A stretch of 64,000 nt of DNA, taken from the human T2T-CHM13v2.0 reference genome, Homo sapiens. Both the position numbers and the translations under genes were made by a program. The notes under the pieces are model-generated. The model searched no databases, was not told where the DNA came from, and saw nothing but the letters and a program-made list of their open reading frames with translations. Positions 12,162 to 24,624 of the stretch are shown one piece after another; the stretch's first letter is position 1, and each line of letters begins with the position of its first letter. The stretch lies in the NCBI RefSeq assembly GCF_009914755.1, contig NC_060934.1. One strand, given 5' to 3'.

Positions 12162-14869
12162 TAGTTGGAATGTTGGATATTCTGAACTGCTCCTCTAATT
12201 TTCTTACTTTTCTCTCCCATTTCATCCCTTTGAATTTGTTTCTACTTTTGGGGAAATTTCTTTATCTTCCAACTCTTCTCTTAAGTTTTTAAATTTCTAC
12301 TGGGCCTTTTTTCCTCTTGGAATATTCTTTTTCCAAAGATGTTGTGTCTTGTCTTTCTGAGGATATTAAAGATGCTTATTGTTGTTATTCCTTTTTACTG
12401 TTTTTTCCCACTCTGTCTTTCATGTTAGAGGCTCTTCTCAAATGTTTAGTGATCCTTAGTTGTCTCTTCATATATACCAGTGAGTTCACGTGTAGCTGCC
12501 TGGAAGCTTGCTGTGTATGTGTGGAGCAGGGCATGGTTGGGACTGCTTGTTAGCCAGTGGGCTCCATTATGGGATGATTGGAGGAGGACCTGGCTGTTCT
12601 TTCGAGGGATCTGCAACATGTCAATGTTTGTGTTTTCTCTTGCACCAGTTTTCCTTTTTACTGCCTGGAGCCTTCAGGAGGCTGAATGGCTAAAGAGAAC
12701 TGAAGAGGGATGGGATTGGTGGGGAGGGTACAGATTTCCTCCTAACCTCCCTGTTTTCAGTGCCTGGTTCAGCTTCCATCCATGAGTCCAGAACCCAACT
12801 AACTCAGACCCTCTAGAAAGTAAATCTCACATTTTCTGCAAGAGTTGGGGAAGGGATCTGGGAGTCTAACCACTCTTTTTAAAGCTGTTTGGCCCCACCC
12901 CATTCCCTCCCACTCAGCATCACCTGGTGTCTCCGGGTCCTGAGCTTTTCCAGTGTTCTGAGATGCCGGCCTGAGCTTCAGCTCACCCGTCTCCTAAGGC
13001 AGTTATAACTGGCCCATCTGTTTCCAGTTTCCAGAATTTTGTTGACATCTCTCATCTGCTGTTGTCTCCTCTCCTGTTCTTTTTGCCCTTGTGGATTTGT
13101 GCATTTTTAATTCCTTTATTGTCATTTTGGTGAGGGGCTGGGACAAAAACAGAATTAAATGGATGTGTTCAATCTGCCATGTTTACCACAAAATCCTGAT
13201 TCTTTTAAAACATTTATTGAATGCCTTCTATGCACAAGTGACAGTGCCAGGACTAAAGAGGTATCCAAGGTAAATAGCAAAAAGGAAGAGGAGGGTGAAG
13301 AGTGGGAGCTGGGAAAGAGGGGGAGGTCTCGTATGGCTGCAGCAGGTCAGGAGGGCCATTCGATAAGCACTTTGATGAGTGTCTTTCAGGGATTCCAAAA
13401 AGCCAGTACACAGCTGGAAGCTGTGAAGGAGGGACTCTGAGGAGGGACTTGGAGATGGGAGGGTGCTGAGTTGGCTCTGGAGGAGACCAGAACAGCTGGG
13501 GAGACCAGCTTAGGCCCAGAGAGATGTCCTCGAGCCATGTCAGGGTGTGAGTGACTTAGGGCCCAGGCCACAGAGCTGGCAGCCCACCCCGGCTCTCAGA
13601 GCATACCTGGCACATTTTAGATCCAGTACATTTCACCCAAGAGAGCAGATACTGGTAGAAAGAAGAGATGTCGTCAAATTATCGCTCCCCGATTCCTCCA
13701 GGCAGAGATGCCGGAGTATGGGTACACATGGGTTTATGCACACATGTGCCCCTCCCTGACCAGAATGGGGCTCCCTGAGATATGTGTTGGTGCCCCATGG
13801 GCATTCGCCCCTCCTGCTTCTCTCCCCTATACTGTCCTCTGTGTGGACCTCGTCCTCCTGCGCTCAAGTGCCTTCCTGCCTATTTGAGAAAGAAACATAG
13901 CCCACCTCTCCCATAGACCCCATTTCTCCTCCATCACTGCTCCCCCATAAGCTGGAATGCCACAAACCCCCATATTTGGAAGTGACATCCTCCCAAAGCA
14001 TCCCAGTAGGAGAGGCGCCTGCTTTAGCATCCAACAGAAACCGAAGTGCAGATGTTTCTCCTCTGCCCCAGGAGCCCATGTTCAGAAAGTTCCTTGCCTC
14101 TGACTTGAATTCTTCTTGTTCCAATGGGAGCCCATTTTCTTATTCTCAGTGAAAGTGTGCAATTTTGAAGTACCCTCCTTCCTTCCTAAGCTCTTTTTTG
14201 GCTACAGCTCCCCACCAATCCTCTGTTCTCTTACCTAGAGGCGTCTTCAGCTGCCACCCTCATCCCCAGCCCTTCCAGACCAGGAAGTCCCACTTGAGGA
14301 GGGGCCCTGAGCCCACTCTCCACCCTTTTCTCTGGAATCCTGAGGTCTGGGCACAGAAAGGTGACCCGACTTTGAATCCTGATTCCACCACTTACAATCT
14401 GTGCGACCTTGGACAAGTGGCTTCATTTCTCTGACCTTCCATTTTCCCCATCTGGGAAAAGGAAGCAGGGAGCGGAGGTGTATAAAAATGCAACTGAGGG
14501 CAGAGGATGGGAGGGCAGAATCCCACTAGCCCCTCTCCTCTCCCCACCCCAGCCCCAGCAGACAGCTGCCCAGCCTCTGAGCAGCACAGGAGGCTGTTAC
14601 CAGCTCTGATCCACCGAGAAGCCTGCACCTTGTCAGGACTCCATCTGTCAGGAATTTATTACTAATGCATTTTATAACAGGCTCTGTAATAAGATATTAA
14701 AGACTGTAGCAGCATCTAGCAAGCATTCCATAAATATTAATAACACCTTTAGAGATGGCACCTATGGTGGAAATGGTAGGGCTTTTTGCCAAAGTTTGGT
14801 CAAGGGTACAGCATAAATCTTGAAGGGGGTGAAGGGAGCAGGTGCACCCTAAAGGTGAGAGGGTGTGGC

Positions 14870-15256
14870 GTCCTTCTTTTCTCTCTCTCTCCTATCTTCC
14901 TTTCTCTTGCTGCTTAATTTTTGTATGTCTTTTCCTCTGTTCATAAGTTTTCCTCTAGAATGTCTCTTTTTTTTCCTGTTTCAGTTAGTTCCTTTCTCCC
15001 CAAGTTTCCTTTCCTCCCTTTTCTCTCGCAAATTATCTTTCCACTTTATCCCGTTTTCACTCTGGCCCTCAGTCCTGCCCCTCTCACTGTTCTCACCGCA
15101 TTTTCCTCTGTGTTCCTGTGCTCTTCCTTCTCCTTGCCCCTCCTCCCTGCCCCCCTTTCTTTACTGCTCTCTCTGTCTGGTTCCTCCTTCCTGCCTCTCT
15201 GCCCCACTCCCTCTGGCCTTTTCTCCCTTGCTGCACACCCTCCCTCACCCTGTTCC
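14870..15256 (+). repeat. CT-rich low-complexity polypyrimidine tract
   Basis: About 390 nt strongly C/T biased; no AG dinucleotide between 15073 and 15256. Confidence 0.9.
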
Positions 15257-15938
15257 AGTGAGCAACCTAGCCACCTCTGGAGAGGCCTGGAGTGTAATGT
15301 AACTCACACTGCATGTGAGAAGTGAGCTATTTATCATTATTATTAACAAACAAGATCCTTTGCACGGCAGAACTTTCCCAGAGTCTATTCCCTTGTCACC
15401 CCAGGAGTAGCAAAAAGATTTATTTGTCTCTGAATTGCACAGGGTGGCCCATTTACAGCAGGTCCATCAGAAGTGATATGGAGCTTAAATGGGAACTGGA
15501 AGAGGCAAGACCTGCCGTGGGTTACTTGGCGAGAGAGACAACCTGGCAGGTGCAAGAATTTTGAAGGGGATAATGCCTAGACATGCTCCCTGGTCCCCTG
15601 AAGGCATGGGTGTACATTTGGGGAGACTTCCTTTGAAATGGCCCAGAAGCCATAAGGGAGTAGGTGGGACTGGGCAGGGGGGTACCATGAAGGAGGGGAG
15701 GAGGGAAGCAGGGGTGGGGCAGAGAAGTGGGTCAAGAGGCCTCCCTCAGAAGCAGAAGTGATCATGCCCCATGGGGTCTTTCTTCCAAAGACCACGGCTG
15801 CTCCTTTCCAGCAAGAAGCTGGACCCAGGGCGAGTGTCCACAATGGAGGTGTTGGAAGAAGCTACCCTGGAAAGGAGGAGCCCAACCCCCAGCTGCAACA
15901 GGCCTCTTGGTGCTGCTTCTACAACTCCAACCCGTGCA

Positions 15939-15997
15939 GCCCCAACCCCAGACACTCCAAGCCCCACCCCAGACGCCCCGAACCCCACCCCAGACAC
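15939..15997 (+). repeat. ~21-bp tandem repeat (CCCCACCCCAGAC core) x3
   Basis: ccccaaccccagacac / ccccaccccagacgc / ccccaccccagacac. Confidence 0.8.
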
Positions 15998-17480
15998 CAG
16001 AGCGACATCTTCCACTCATTCTCCTTGTCCTCAGATGGCAAAGTCTGGCCCTGCCGAGCATCTCTCTTCAAGGCCTGTCCTGGCTGACTGTGTGAAGTCC
16101 ATGATCAAGCCATCCCTTGCCCGTCCGGCCACCTCCCCATGCGCATGCTGATAATTGCCTGCAACCTGGATTTGCACGTTAATAGGAGTGTCTGGAGACG
16201 GTTAAAAAGAAGAGGGAGCTGGCATTTACCCAGGCTCCTTGATTCTTCTCCCCATTGTAACTTCCAGCCTCGGGTGGCGGGCACTGTGCCCTCATTAGCA
16301 GTCCAGGAGTGGTGGCCTGGCACTTTGCTTGCTGTGGGCGCTAAAGAGGTAGAGTCCCATCAGCAGAGGGTCTGGGTGAGCCTGGGGCAGAGCCATGGAA
16401 ATGAGGAGGCCCTGCCCATGGCTGGGCATGTTCTGGGGGGCAGGAGCAAGGAGCTGAGACCCATGCAGGCCAGCGTGAGCAAGTGGGGTGCCCATAGAAA
16501 GGACGGCACAGGCAGGTCCCAGCACCGCAGCCATGGGCAGGAGACAAAGTCAGCGGGGCCTGGGACAGCCAGGGTGGGAGGCTCTTGGAGGCCCTCATCT
16601 CCATTTTTTCTCCTGCACTGTGCTCTGCTCCGCTCACTGCAGGTGGGCTTCCTCTGACTGCCTGTGGCATCTCTGCCACCCTGTAACTGTGGCTTTTGTG
16701 TGGCTTTCGGCCTGTCATGCTGCCCACTCCAGCCAGATAACAAGATCTTTCTTTCAGATTCTCAGAGAAAATTGATTTAATTTCTCAGGCCCCACCTGAT
16801 TGGCATGGCCTGGGTCTGAAGTCACTTGGAACAAACATGAGTGCCTAGACCCATCACCTAGAGCAGAGCTGTGGTCATGAGGAGCAGCTGTTCTTGGAAG
16901 GAGGGTGGGTGGGGAGGCAGCTGTTGGTATCTCTTTGGGTGGGGTGGAAAGAGCACTCCGTATGAGTCAAGGCACCCGATTTCCACTCTTCGACTCTGTC
17001 ATGATCCACTTGTGAGGCCTGGAGCAAGGCACATCCCCTCTCTGGGCTCATTTTCACATCTGTAGTCCACCCTAGGAAATGGGGAGGCTGGACTAGATGA
17101 CCCCAAGGTTCCTTCCAGCTCCTGCATTCCAGCCATCCAGGGTGGTGTATGGTCAGGACTGGCTTCCTCGTTTAGGAGCCTCCCAGGCCCCCAGGTGCCC
17201 CCCTCACCCCTGCCTCAGATCCCACCCCTCCCCTCACAGGCTCTCAAGCCCATTGTGGAAGGTCTTCTGGGGCTCTTCCATCCTCATCTTGTCTTCAGCA
17301 GCCAGGATCCAATCAGCAGAGATGTTCTCTTTCTGAATTTTAAGGTGCCCATTTGTCCCAAGTTCATGGTGAAGAGATTCATTAACTGTTTACACTATTT
17401 CTAATACTTCCCCCTTTATGTGGGGCTCATCTCACCCTGCCTGTAATGATATTTTATTACTATAGTAATAAGTGCAATAA

Positions 17481-17811
<331 letters not shown>

Positions 17812-18609
17812 GGTAGGAGCTGCTAACAGCTCCATTTTACAGATGAGGAAACTGAGGCCAAAAAGAGGTTTAACAGCATATGTCTGCAATCTCCCAGGGG
17901 AAAGTTCCAGACTCAAAGTTAGGGAGTCTAACTCAGAATTCATGCTCTGAGCCACCAAGTGTTACTCCCTGTAGCCTACCTGGAAACCCAGATGCACCTG
18001 GCCCCATAAAGCAAATCTGCTTGCATTGAGTCTGCAGATCTGTGTGCATGTCTGTGCATTTCCATGGAACAGCAGCTGGGTGTTCAGACAAGCCCCCAAT
18101 GTATGTGCTGATGAGCGCCCCTCCTTCCCCGCATCTACTTCCCTGATAGAGCATGGTGCCCAGGACCTGAAATGCAGGAAGTCAGCATTCTTTTCTCTCC
18201 AATAGTTTGTCCCTTCTAAGTATATGAATGGCTCCTTGCCAGGCCCATTTAAAACCTTCTCTAAGTTATGCAGAAATTAAATGGGTTTTCACCGCAGGGC
18301 ATGAAACATAATCCAAGAAGGTCAGACGTGGAGACCATCACTTCTTTTTCCCCTTTTCCACCATTTCCTGAATCTTGCTCTTAAATCCTCTGATCAGATG
18401 CAGAAGGATCAGAGAGGCTTCCCCTCAGGACCATGCGGTATGGACAGTCAAATGTCCTCGCCTCCCCGAGGCAGGGAGCTGGAGAGCTGACATCTCACGG
18501 GAGCCGTCCCTCTCCTCTGGGCGCCAGCTTCATACAGAGTGGTTTAAGTAGACTGGCCGAGTGCTCTGAAGTGAGGGCCGGCTACCCTGTTTCCTGTTGT
18601 TGTTGTTGT

Positions 18610-18840
18610 TGTTAAATATTTGGTAGAATTCACCAGTGAAGCTGTTGAGTCCTGTGCTTTTCTTTGTTGGAAGATTTTTGATTACCGAATCAAATAAACA
18701 TAAAAGCATAATGTTGAATTAAAAAGCAAGCTTCAGAGTGATCTATTGTATATGAAAACCATCTATTTACAAATACCCACAAAACAGTATCTTATATTAT
18801 TCATGGCTAGATATAGATACATATGAAGTACAAAAGCAGA
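18610..18840. mobile_element. Old L1 fragments
   Basis: tttggtagaattcaccagtgaagc...gttggaagatttttgattac (antisense L1 ORF2 hallmark) followed by an L1M 3'-end-like stretch. Confidence 0.6.
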
Positions 18841-19059
18841 CTTTCACACAGGGGGCTGGCAGCTCTGAAATCAGAATGTGGCCCTCCTTTCTTGTGGCAG
18901 GAGCCGTGGGCCCCCATGAAGTGTTTCGTTCTGGATTCATGGGACTGGCTCTGGCACTTCTGTGTGATCTAGAAAGAGAGAGGGCAGGACAGAGAACTGT
19001 GGGTTAGCTGAGAACCTCAGAAAGATCTCCTTAAGGTGGGGGAGGGGTGGTGGAAATAA

Positions 19060-19400
19060 GGGATGCTAAGGTACCCAGGGCTTAGCAACAGGGGAAAGTT
19101 CTACCCCTAGGGCTGAAGGGAAAGGAGACGAAAATTGTATTATCAGAGCCCACTGAGAGTTGGGGCCATGGAAGAGAGCCTGCTGGGGTAGAGCTGGAGG
19201 GGGTAGAGGAAGTAAGACCCCAAACTCTTTCTCTTCCTGCTCTGGGAGCTCCTACCAGAACTTCCCATTGGCAGAATCCAACTGGAAGCCAGCCAGCAAG
19301 AGAGCCTGGAGATGCAATCCATTGAGAGCCCGGGGATTGGGGAAAGGCAGAACTGGGTGGATCATGGTGCCAGGGGAGTGGGTAGACAGGGAATGCCCTG
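19060..19400. mobile_element. Degraded ERVL/MaLR-class LTR (LTR33/41-like)
   Basis: cccattggcagaatccaactggaagccagccagcaagagagcctggagatgca resembles a motif shared by old ERVL-type LTRs. Confidence 0.45.
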
Positions 19401-20575
19401 GATGGTACTGTTAATATCAGTGCTTCTTGACACCTCCCTGCCCCACCCTTGAAGGTGCCCTTGTCTGTGCCCCTCTAGGTTTCCAGAAATTAAAATTGCA
19501 ACTACTGTCTTCTCAGCCCTTATGTGCTAGAATGTTTACACTCATGATCTTATGTATTCTTCACACTAACCCTGTGAGATATGATTAGCTTCAGTGTACA
19601 GTGAAGGGATTAAGGATCAGAGAGATTATGTAATTAACCCAAAGACACACAACAAGGCTGGGATTCCAACAAATGGTCTGTCCATCCCTGAAACTCTAGC
19701 ACTTGTCTGCTTTGCCCCCTTGCAGACTTGATTCTGTTTTGGAGGGAATGAGCATCTTCCAAGCAGCTGAATTAGGATAGGCAAACCTAGCAAAGGAAAA
19801 GCACATTCAGACAGCCAGAGGTGTGAGGGAGCCCGCTGGGTTCAAGAAGTATAAATAGCTCCATGCCTCCAGGAAATAAAATGTGAAGGGGGAGACAGGA
19901 ATGGACCACAAGGGCCTGTGTTCTATGCAAAGGGCACTGGGGAGTCACGGATGGTGAGGAGGAGAGGGGCGCCCTGCATCTGCCTCCTGTCCCCAGTGGA
20001 CAGAGTGGTTGGAACAGGCAGGACGTGAGCCTGCCCATTCAGGTTGACACTTGTCTGCTGATGGGGGCAAATCCACAAACCCAGGAAGAACCCTCAGCAG
20101 CCCCATCCATTGTTCTCCGGAGGCCCTTTCCAGCCTGACCAGGGGCCCCGTAAAGAGCACCCCTGTGTTAAGTGCATGGTCTGTCTGTGAAGGGCTGCCA
20201 GGAGGGAGGCTTGAGGCTGGTCCCCAAAAAGGAAGCCTGCAGCTTGGGCAGCCAAGGAGCATTTGACAGAGGAAGCGAAACCACCAAGAAACAGGTTTGG
20301 GGACCGTAAGACCCCTCATCCAGAACTCTAGGTTAAGCAAATCATCTTTGGAACTGCTGCTCTTTACAGCCACCAGGAGGCCATCAAAAAATGAAGAAGA
20401 GGAAAAGAAAAGATACTGCATTTTAAATTTTGGGGCCCCTCCTAGAATGAAAATGACAAGGCCTCGGGTCTGGTTGGCTGAAGGATGTAGAGAATGGGCT
20501 TTGAGGGACTCAGCCCTGATGGCGCAGCTGCTCCGCACTGGCTCACCCTTGTACTTGCTTTGCTCTCATCCCCAG

Positions 20576-20770
20576 AATACACCAGTGGGGACGCCCATCT
20601 TCATCGTGAATGCCACAGACCCCGACTTGGGGGCAGGGGGCAGCGTCCTCTACTCCTTCCAGCCCCCCTCCCAATTCTTCGCCATTGACAGCGCCCGCGG
20701 TATCGTCACAGTGATCCGGGAGCTGGACTACGAGACCACACAGGCCTACCAGCTCACGGTCAACGCCACA
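20576..20770 (+). CDS. CDH23: Cadherin-23 coding exon (exon 7, ~c.430-624), most of EC2; 195 nt, phase 0/0
   Basis: Acceptor tgctctcatccccAG|AAT at 20575, donor ACA|GTGAGT at 20771. Translates NTPVGTPIFIVNATDPDLGAGGSVLYSFQPPSQFFAIDSARGIVTVIRELDYETTQAYQLTVNAT with cadherin DxD and LDYE motifs; recognised as CDH23 EC2. Confidence 0.97.
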
Positions 20771-23729
20771 GTGAGTCTCCATGCTGGGGCCCCGGCCGTC
20801 CCAGCTGCCTCTTCCCACCCTGGAAGAGAGTGACGGGGCATTCCAATGGGACATTGACCCAGTGGCACACACTCGATGATCTATAATAATTATAGTGGTG
20901 ACAGTCATGATAGAAATGAGGCTGGCATTACTGAGGCTTTGTGCTGTGTCCCTGGCACCGTGCTGAGCACTCAAAGGGACTTTAAACCTCAAGCAGCCCC
21001 GTGTCATAAGTATTGTTAAGATGCCCACTTTGCAGATGAGAAAACTGAGGCACAGGAGCAATTCAGTGACTTTCCATGGTCACCCAGGAGCCCGACTCCA
21101 TAGCCTGCTCGGGTAACTTCCTTGAGACATTCTTAGTGCAGAGTGCCTCTTGCTCTCTGGGACACAGGACAGAGGTGTTCACCCAGCTGTGTCCTGACAC
21201 CATCCAACCTGCAGGGCCCAAAGGAGTTCAGGCATCCTGCCTCTACTCCACAGAGTGGTGACATTCCACATCATCCCTCTGTGCCAAGCACATTGCTGGC
21301 CCCTGGGAATTCCAGGATGAGTGAGTCAAGGGCAGAAGGCAGGAGAGGGTAATTATCCCATCTGATGGCTGACTCTGTTGAGGGTCACACAGCCCATGAG
21401 TAGTGGCGGAGCAAGAACCCAAACCAGGTTGTCCACCTCTCAGTCCAGTGCCCTGACCACCATGCCCCATGGCTAGACATCCCCAGGTCTCAAGAACATC
21501 GCAGCATGCCCTTTGTGCCAGCTGTTTGGGAGATCCTGGGGAACAGGCAAGCCACACTCTAAATAGGGTCCTCCCCCTACCCGCCCCCTCTCCTTGCTCC
21601 CAGCTGCTGCCTCAGGGCATAGCTGGAGCCATCAGCTGGCAGCAGGGCCATAAGCTGGCCTGTTGTCCCTTAGATTCTGTTGACAAAGCTTACGCCAAGA
21701 GCAAAAAAACATGGGAGTCCCTCTCAACCCTCCAGGTCCTATCTGTCTGACACTCAGCATCCACTCCTGACCCACATAGCTGTCAAGGGGCCTGCCGGCA
21801 GCGCTGGGGGGCTCTCCTTGGTAGGTCACAGGCTCTAGATCCAAGGCTCTGGATCTGGACTGGGTCCAGAATCCAGTTTTGAAAGATGGGGTGCCCCTAG
21901 ACTTGGCCAAGATGCAGAGAGAGGCCTCAAGACCCAGGAAATGCGAACTTCTTGTTTGGCCCTGGCCCAGTGGCTGTGGGGAGGTCACTGCAGGTGACAC
22001 TCACGTTCTTTCCTTCTCCCCTGGTTAAGTGTTAGTTGCCTGGGAGGAGCTGTGTGCTGCTGTTTGTAAAACTGACCTCAGAAGTCAAGGGGACATGCAA
22101 GCCCAGGATTTGCTTTTTGTGCACATTTGCCTGCACCTTCCATGCAGCCTGGCACCCACACATGCGCTGCCCCTCCACCGCACTGTTTGCACACACCAGG
22201 GCCCAGAAACACGCAGATGCTTGCCCGCTGTGGGATAATTTCCACCCACCATAAAAATGGCTTTGGACCGTGGGGAATAGACCAGAGCTGGGCACAGGCA
22301 AGAATCTGGGTGGCGGGGCCTATCAAGAGGACTGGGCTCAAGCTGGGATGATGAATACAGTTAAATTGCTGTTACTCTCCCAGTAATCAGGCTTGGAAGC
22401 AGCAGAACAGGAGGGGCCCTAGAAGTCCCTCTCTAGATGGCTTCCCCCTTGCTTCTGGAGGAGCTGACACCGAGTCCTTCTCGGGGCTGGTGCTGTGCCC
22501 TTGGCTGCTGAGCACTTCCCCAAGGAAGGAGATTCTCGGCCTGGCATTGCGGGCAACAGTGTCAGTTCCCAGCCACCACTGAGCTGGTACCAGGATGGGG
22601 AAATTGAGGCATCCTCTGGGAACAAGCTGCTGAGAGCCATGGGCCCCAGAGTTACAGCTGGGAGCCTGACAGGATCACTCCCCTTTCCCCACCACAGAGT
22701 CCAGAGTGGGCTGGGCAGGGGCATTTGTGGCATGAACAGGACTGCAGTCACAGGTATGGGACAGAGAGGGCCTGTGCCAGGCTAGACAAAAGCCAGCTGC
22801 CTGCAAAAGCCTGGTTATGGCAAATCAGAGCCACTGGCATCCCCTGTCCAAGAGGTCAGGGGACTTGTTTTGAGCTTCCCCGCTCCAGCCCTGGGTGCCT
22901 GGTGGTCATTCAGGTCCCTAGCTGGGAGCTCTCCCCATGGGCAGTGCCCAAGCCTGCCGTGTGGGCCCCAGTCCTGGAGCCTGGGAGGCTGCCTGCCGAG
23001 AACCTCTCTGCTCACCTCCTGCTTCCAGACCTTCCTCTCCCTTGCAGCACCCACTCCCATCCCTAAAGGCCCTCCCACCCTCTCATTGGCTGTCCCTGAG
23101 GATTCCTAAAGACAACCAGCCCTCCCTTCTCCTAGGCACAGCAGCTCCATCTCTGCAGGCCAGGAGGAGGCACCAGGCTTCTTGGAACTCCAGGAATGCC
23201 TTGCTTCATTCAAGTCACCCCAGACAAACTAAGGGAGAGCTAACCTGGGGACAGTCGCTCCTCAAATCTTAGCTCAGAGAATGTTCGAGCCTGAGGGGCC
23301 TTAGAAGTCATTCACTTGAGCCCCTTCATCTCACAGAAAAGGACATCAGATTCCCAGGGGGAAAAAGAACTCATTTGAGGTTACTCAGCAAATTAAGAGA
23401 CCGAACTGATGTTAGAGCCCCAAGTCAAAACTGTTAGTGGCAAATTTTTATGTGAAAGGATCTGAGTTTGAGTTCTGGCTACACACTTAGAAGTTGTATG
23501 ACTGTGGACAAGTTACTCAGCCTCTCTGAGTCTCTGTTAACTCATCTGAATAATGGGCTCATCATAACTACAGATGCGAGTGAAGTGCCCGGTAGAGTGG
23601 CTGCCACGTCATCTGTACAAAGCACTGCAGTTACTATTATTGCTGGCTATTGTTATTCAGTTGCAGCAGGCTACTTAAACAGTAGAAGATAGATTTGGAG
23701 TTTTCTTTCTTGCCAAGCATTAAAAAAAA

Positions 23730-23882
23730 TTTTTTTTTTTTGAGATGGGGGTCTCGCTATGTTGTCCAGGCTGGAGTGCAGTGGCTATTCACAGGTGCAA
23801 TCTTGGTGCACAACAGCCTCGAACTCCTGGGCTCAAGTGATTGCCCCACCTCAGCCTCCTGAGCAGCTGGGACTACAGATGC
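23730..23882 (-). mobile_element. FAM (fossil Alu monomer)
   Basis: Reverse complement reads ...GGAGTTCGAGGCTGTTGTGCACCAAGATTGCACCTGTGAATAGCCACTGCACTCCAGCCTGGACAACATAGCGAGACCCC plus A tail. Keeps the 7SL-derived CCTGTGAATAG segment absent from FRAM/Alu right arms but lacks the S domain. Confidence 0.85.
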
Positions 23883-24010
23883 ATTGTTGAGGTTTTATAC
23901 AATGAAATTCCCAACTGACGGTTTAAATATTGCTTGCCTGGCTGCAGGGGGATGGCCTGTGTGACCTCTCAGGAGTCTTTCTCGGAGTCCCCCAGATGTC
24001 ACAGACCCTG

Positions 24011-24029
24011 GAGCTCCCCCTGCTGGTTG
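24011..24029 (-). promoter_or_regulatory. Candidate CTCF site
   Basis: Minus strand CAACCAGCAGGGGGAGCTC versus core CCASYAGRKGGCRS, one mismatch. Confidence 0.45.
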
Positions 24030-24491
24030 GATTGGGAAAAGTCACTGAACCAGTAAATCCCCAGCCCAAAGCAAGGGACTCATGAATGCAGGGACACAGG
24101 TGCCAGATTAATCCCCTCTGTGGCCTTTCTTCTGAGGAGTCCCCATCTTTGTCAATCCTCTGCTGCCCTGGGATGAGTGGGGGCAGGAAGTGGGCACAGA
24201 GAGGGGTGGTGACCTCCAGCTGAACTCAGCAAAGGAGCTGAGGGCAGCACCATATCTACTCCAAGCTGGTCATCCCACCACCGGATGTCCAAGGAAGTCA
24301 GGCCTGGGCTACTAGGGGCTGGAGGTCTAGCTGTACCCCAGCCCTGCTTTGTAACACTGGATAAGCTGCCTTCCTCTGGACCTTGGGGATGCTGTTTGTG
24401 TTTTCCTGTACAGCTCAGAAATCACCATGGCTTCTTAGAATTCTTAAGCTTCCTTTTACTAAGCCCTTCCCTGCTGGAGTGCAAGAGCATG

Positions 24492-24575
24492 GGTGTGTGT
24501 GTGCGTGTGCATGTGTTTGCACTTATGTGCTGCACGGTGCAGGTCTGTGTGTGTGTGTACATATGTGTGTGAGTG
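24492..24575 (+). repeat. Imperfect (TG)n tract upstream of exon 8
   Basis: gtgtgtgtgtgcgtgtgcatgtg...tgtgtgtgtgtgtacatatgtgtgtgagtg; contains TGCATG at 24508-24513. Confidence 0.85.
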
Positions 24576-24624
24576 TCCCCACCATCACTCAACCTAAGGC
24601 TGTGTGTTCTCTCCGCTCTCTAAG

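Larger units (their letters stand above)
20771..24624 (+). other. CDH23: CDH23 intron 7 (GT-AG, 3854 nt)
   Basis: GTGAGT...AAG between two in-frame cadherin exons. Confidence 0.93.

Noticed and set aside
14865-15325. Hydrophobic 145-aa and 134-aa ORFs resembling membrane proteins
   Set aside because: F/L/S/P composition simply reflects the CT-rich tract, which cannot encode stops.
23730-23882. Possible 7SL (SRP) RNA gene
   Set aside because: The S domain is missing and a poly-A tail is present, so it is a FAM retroposon.
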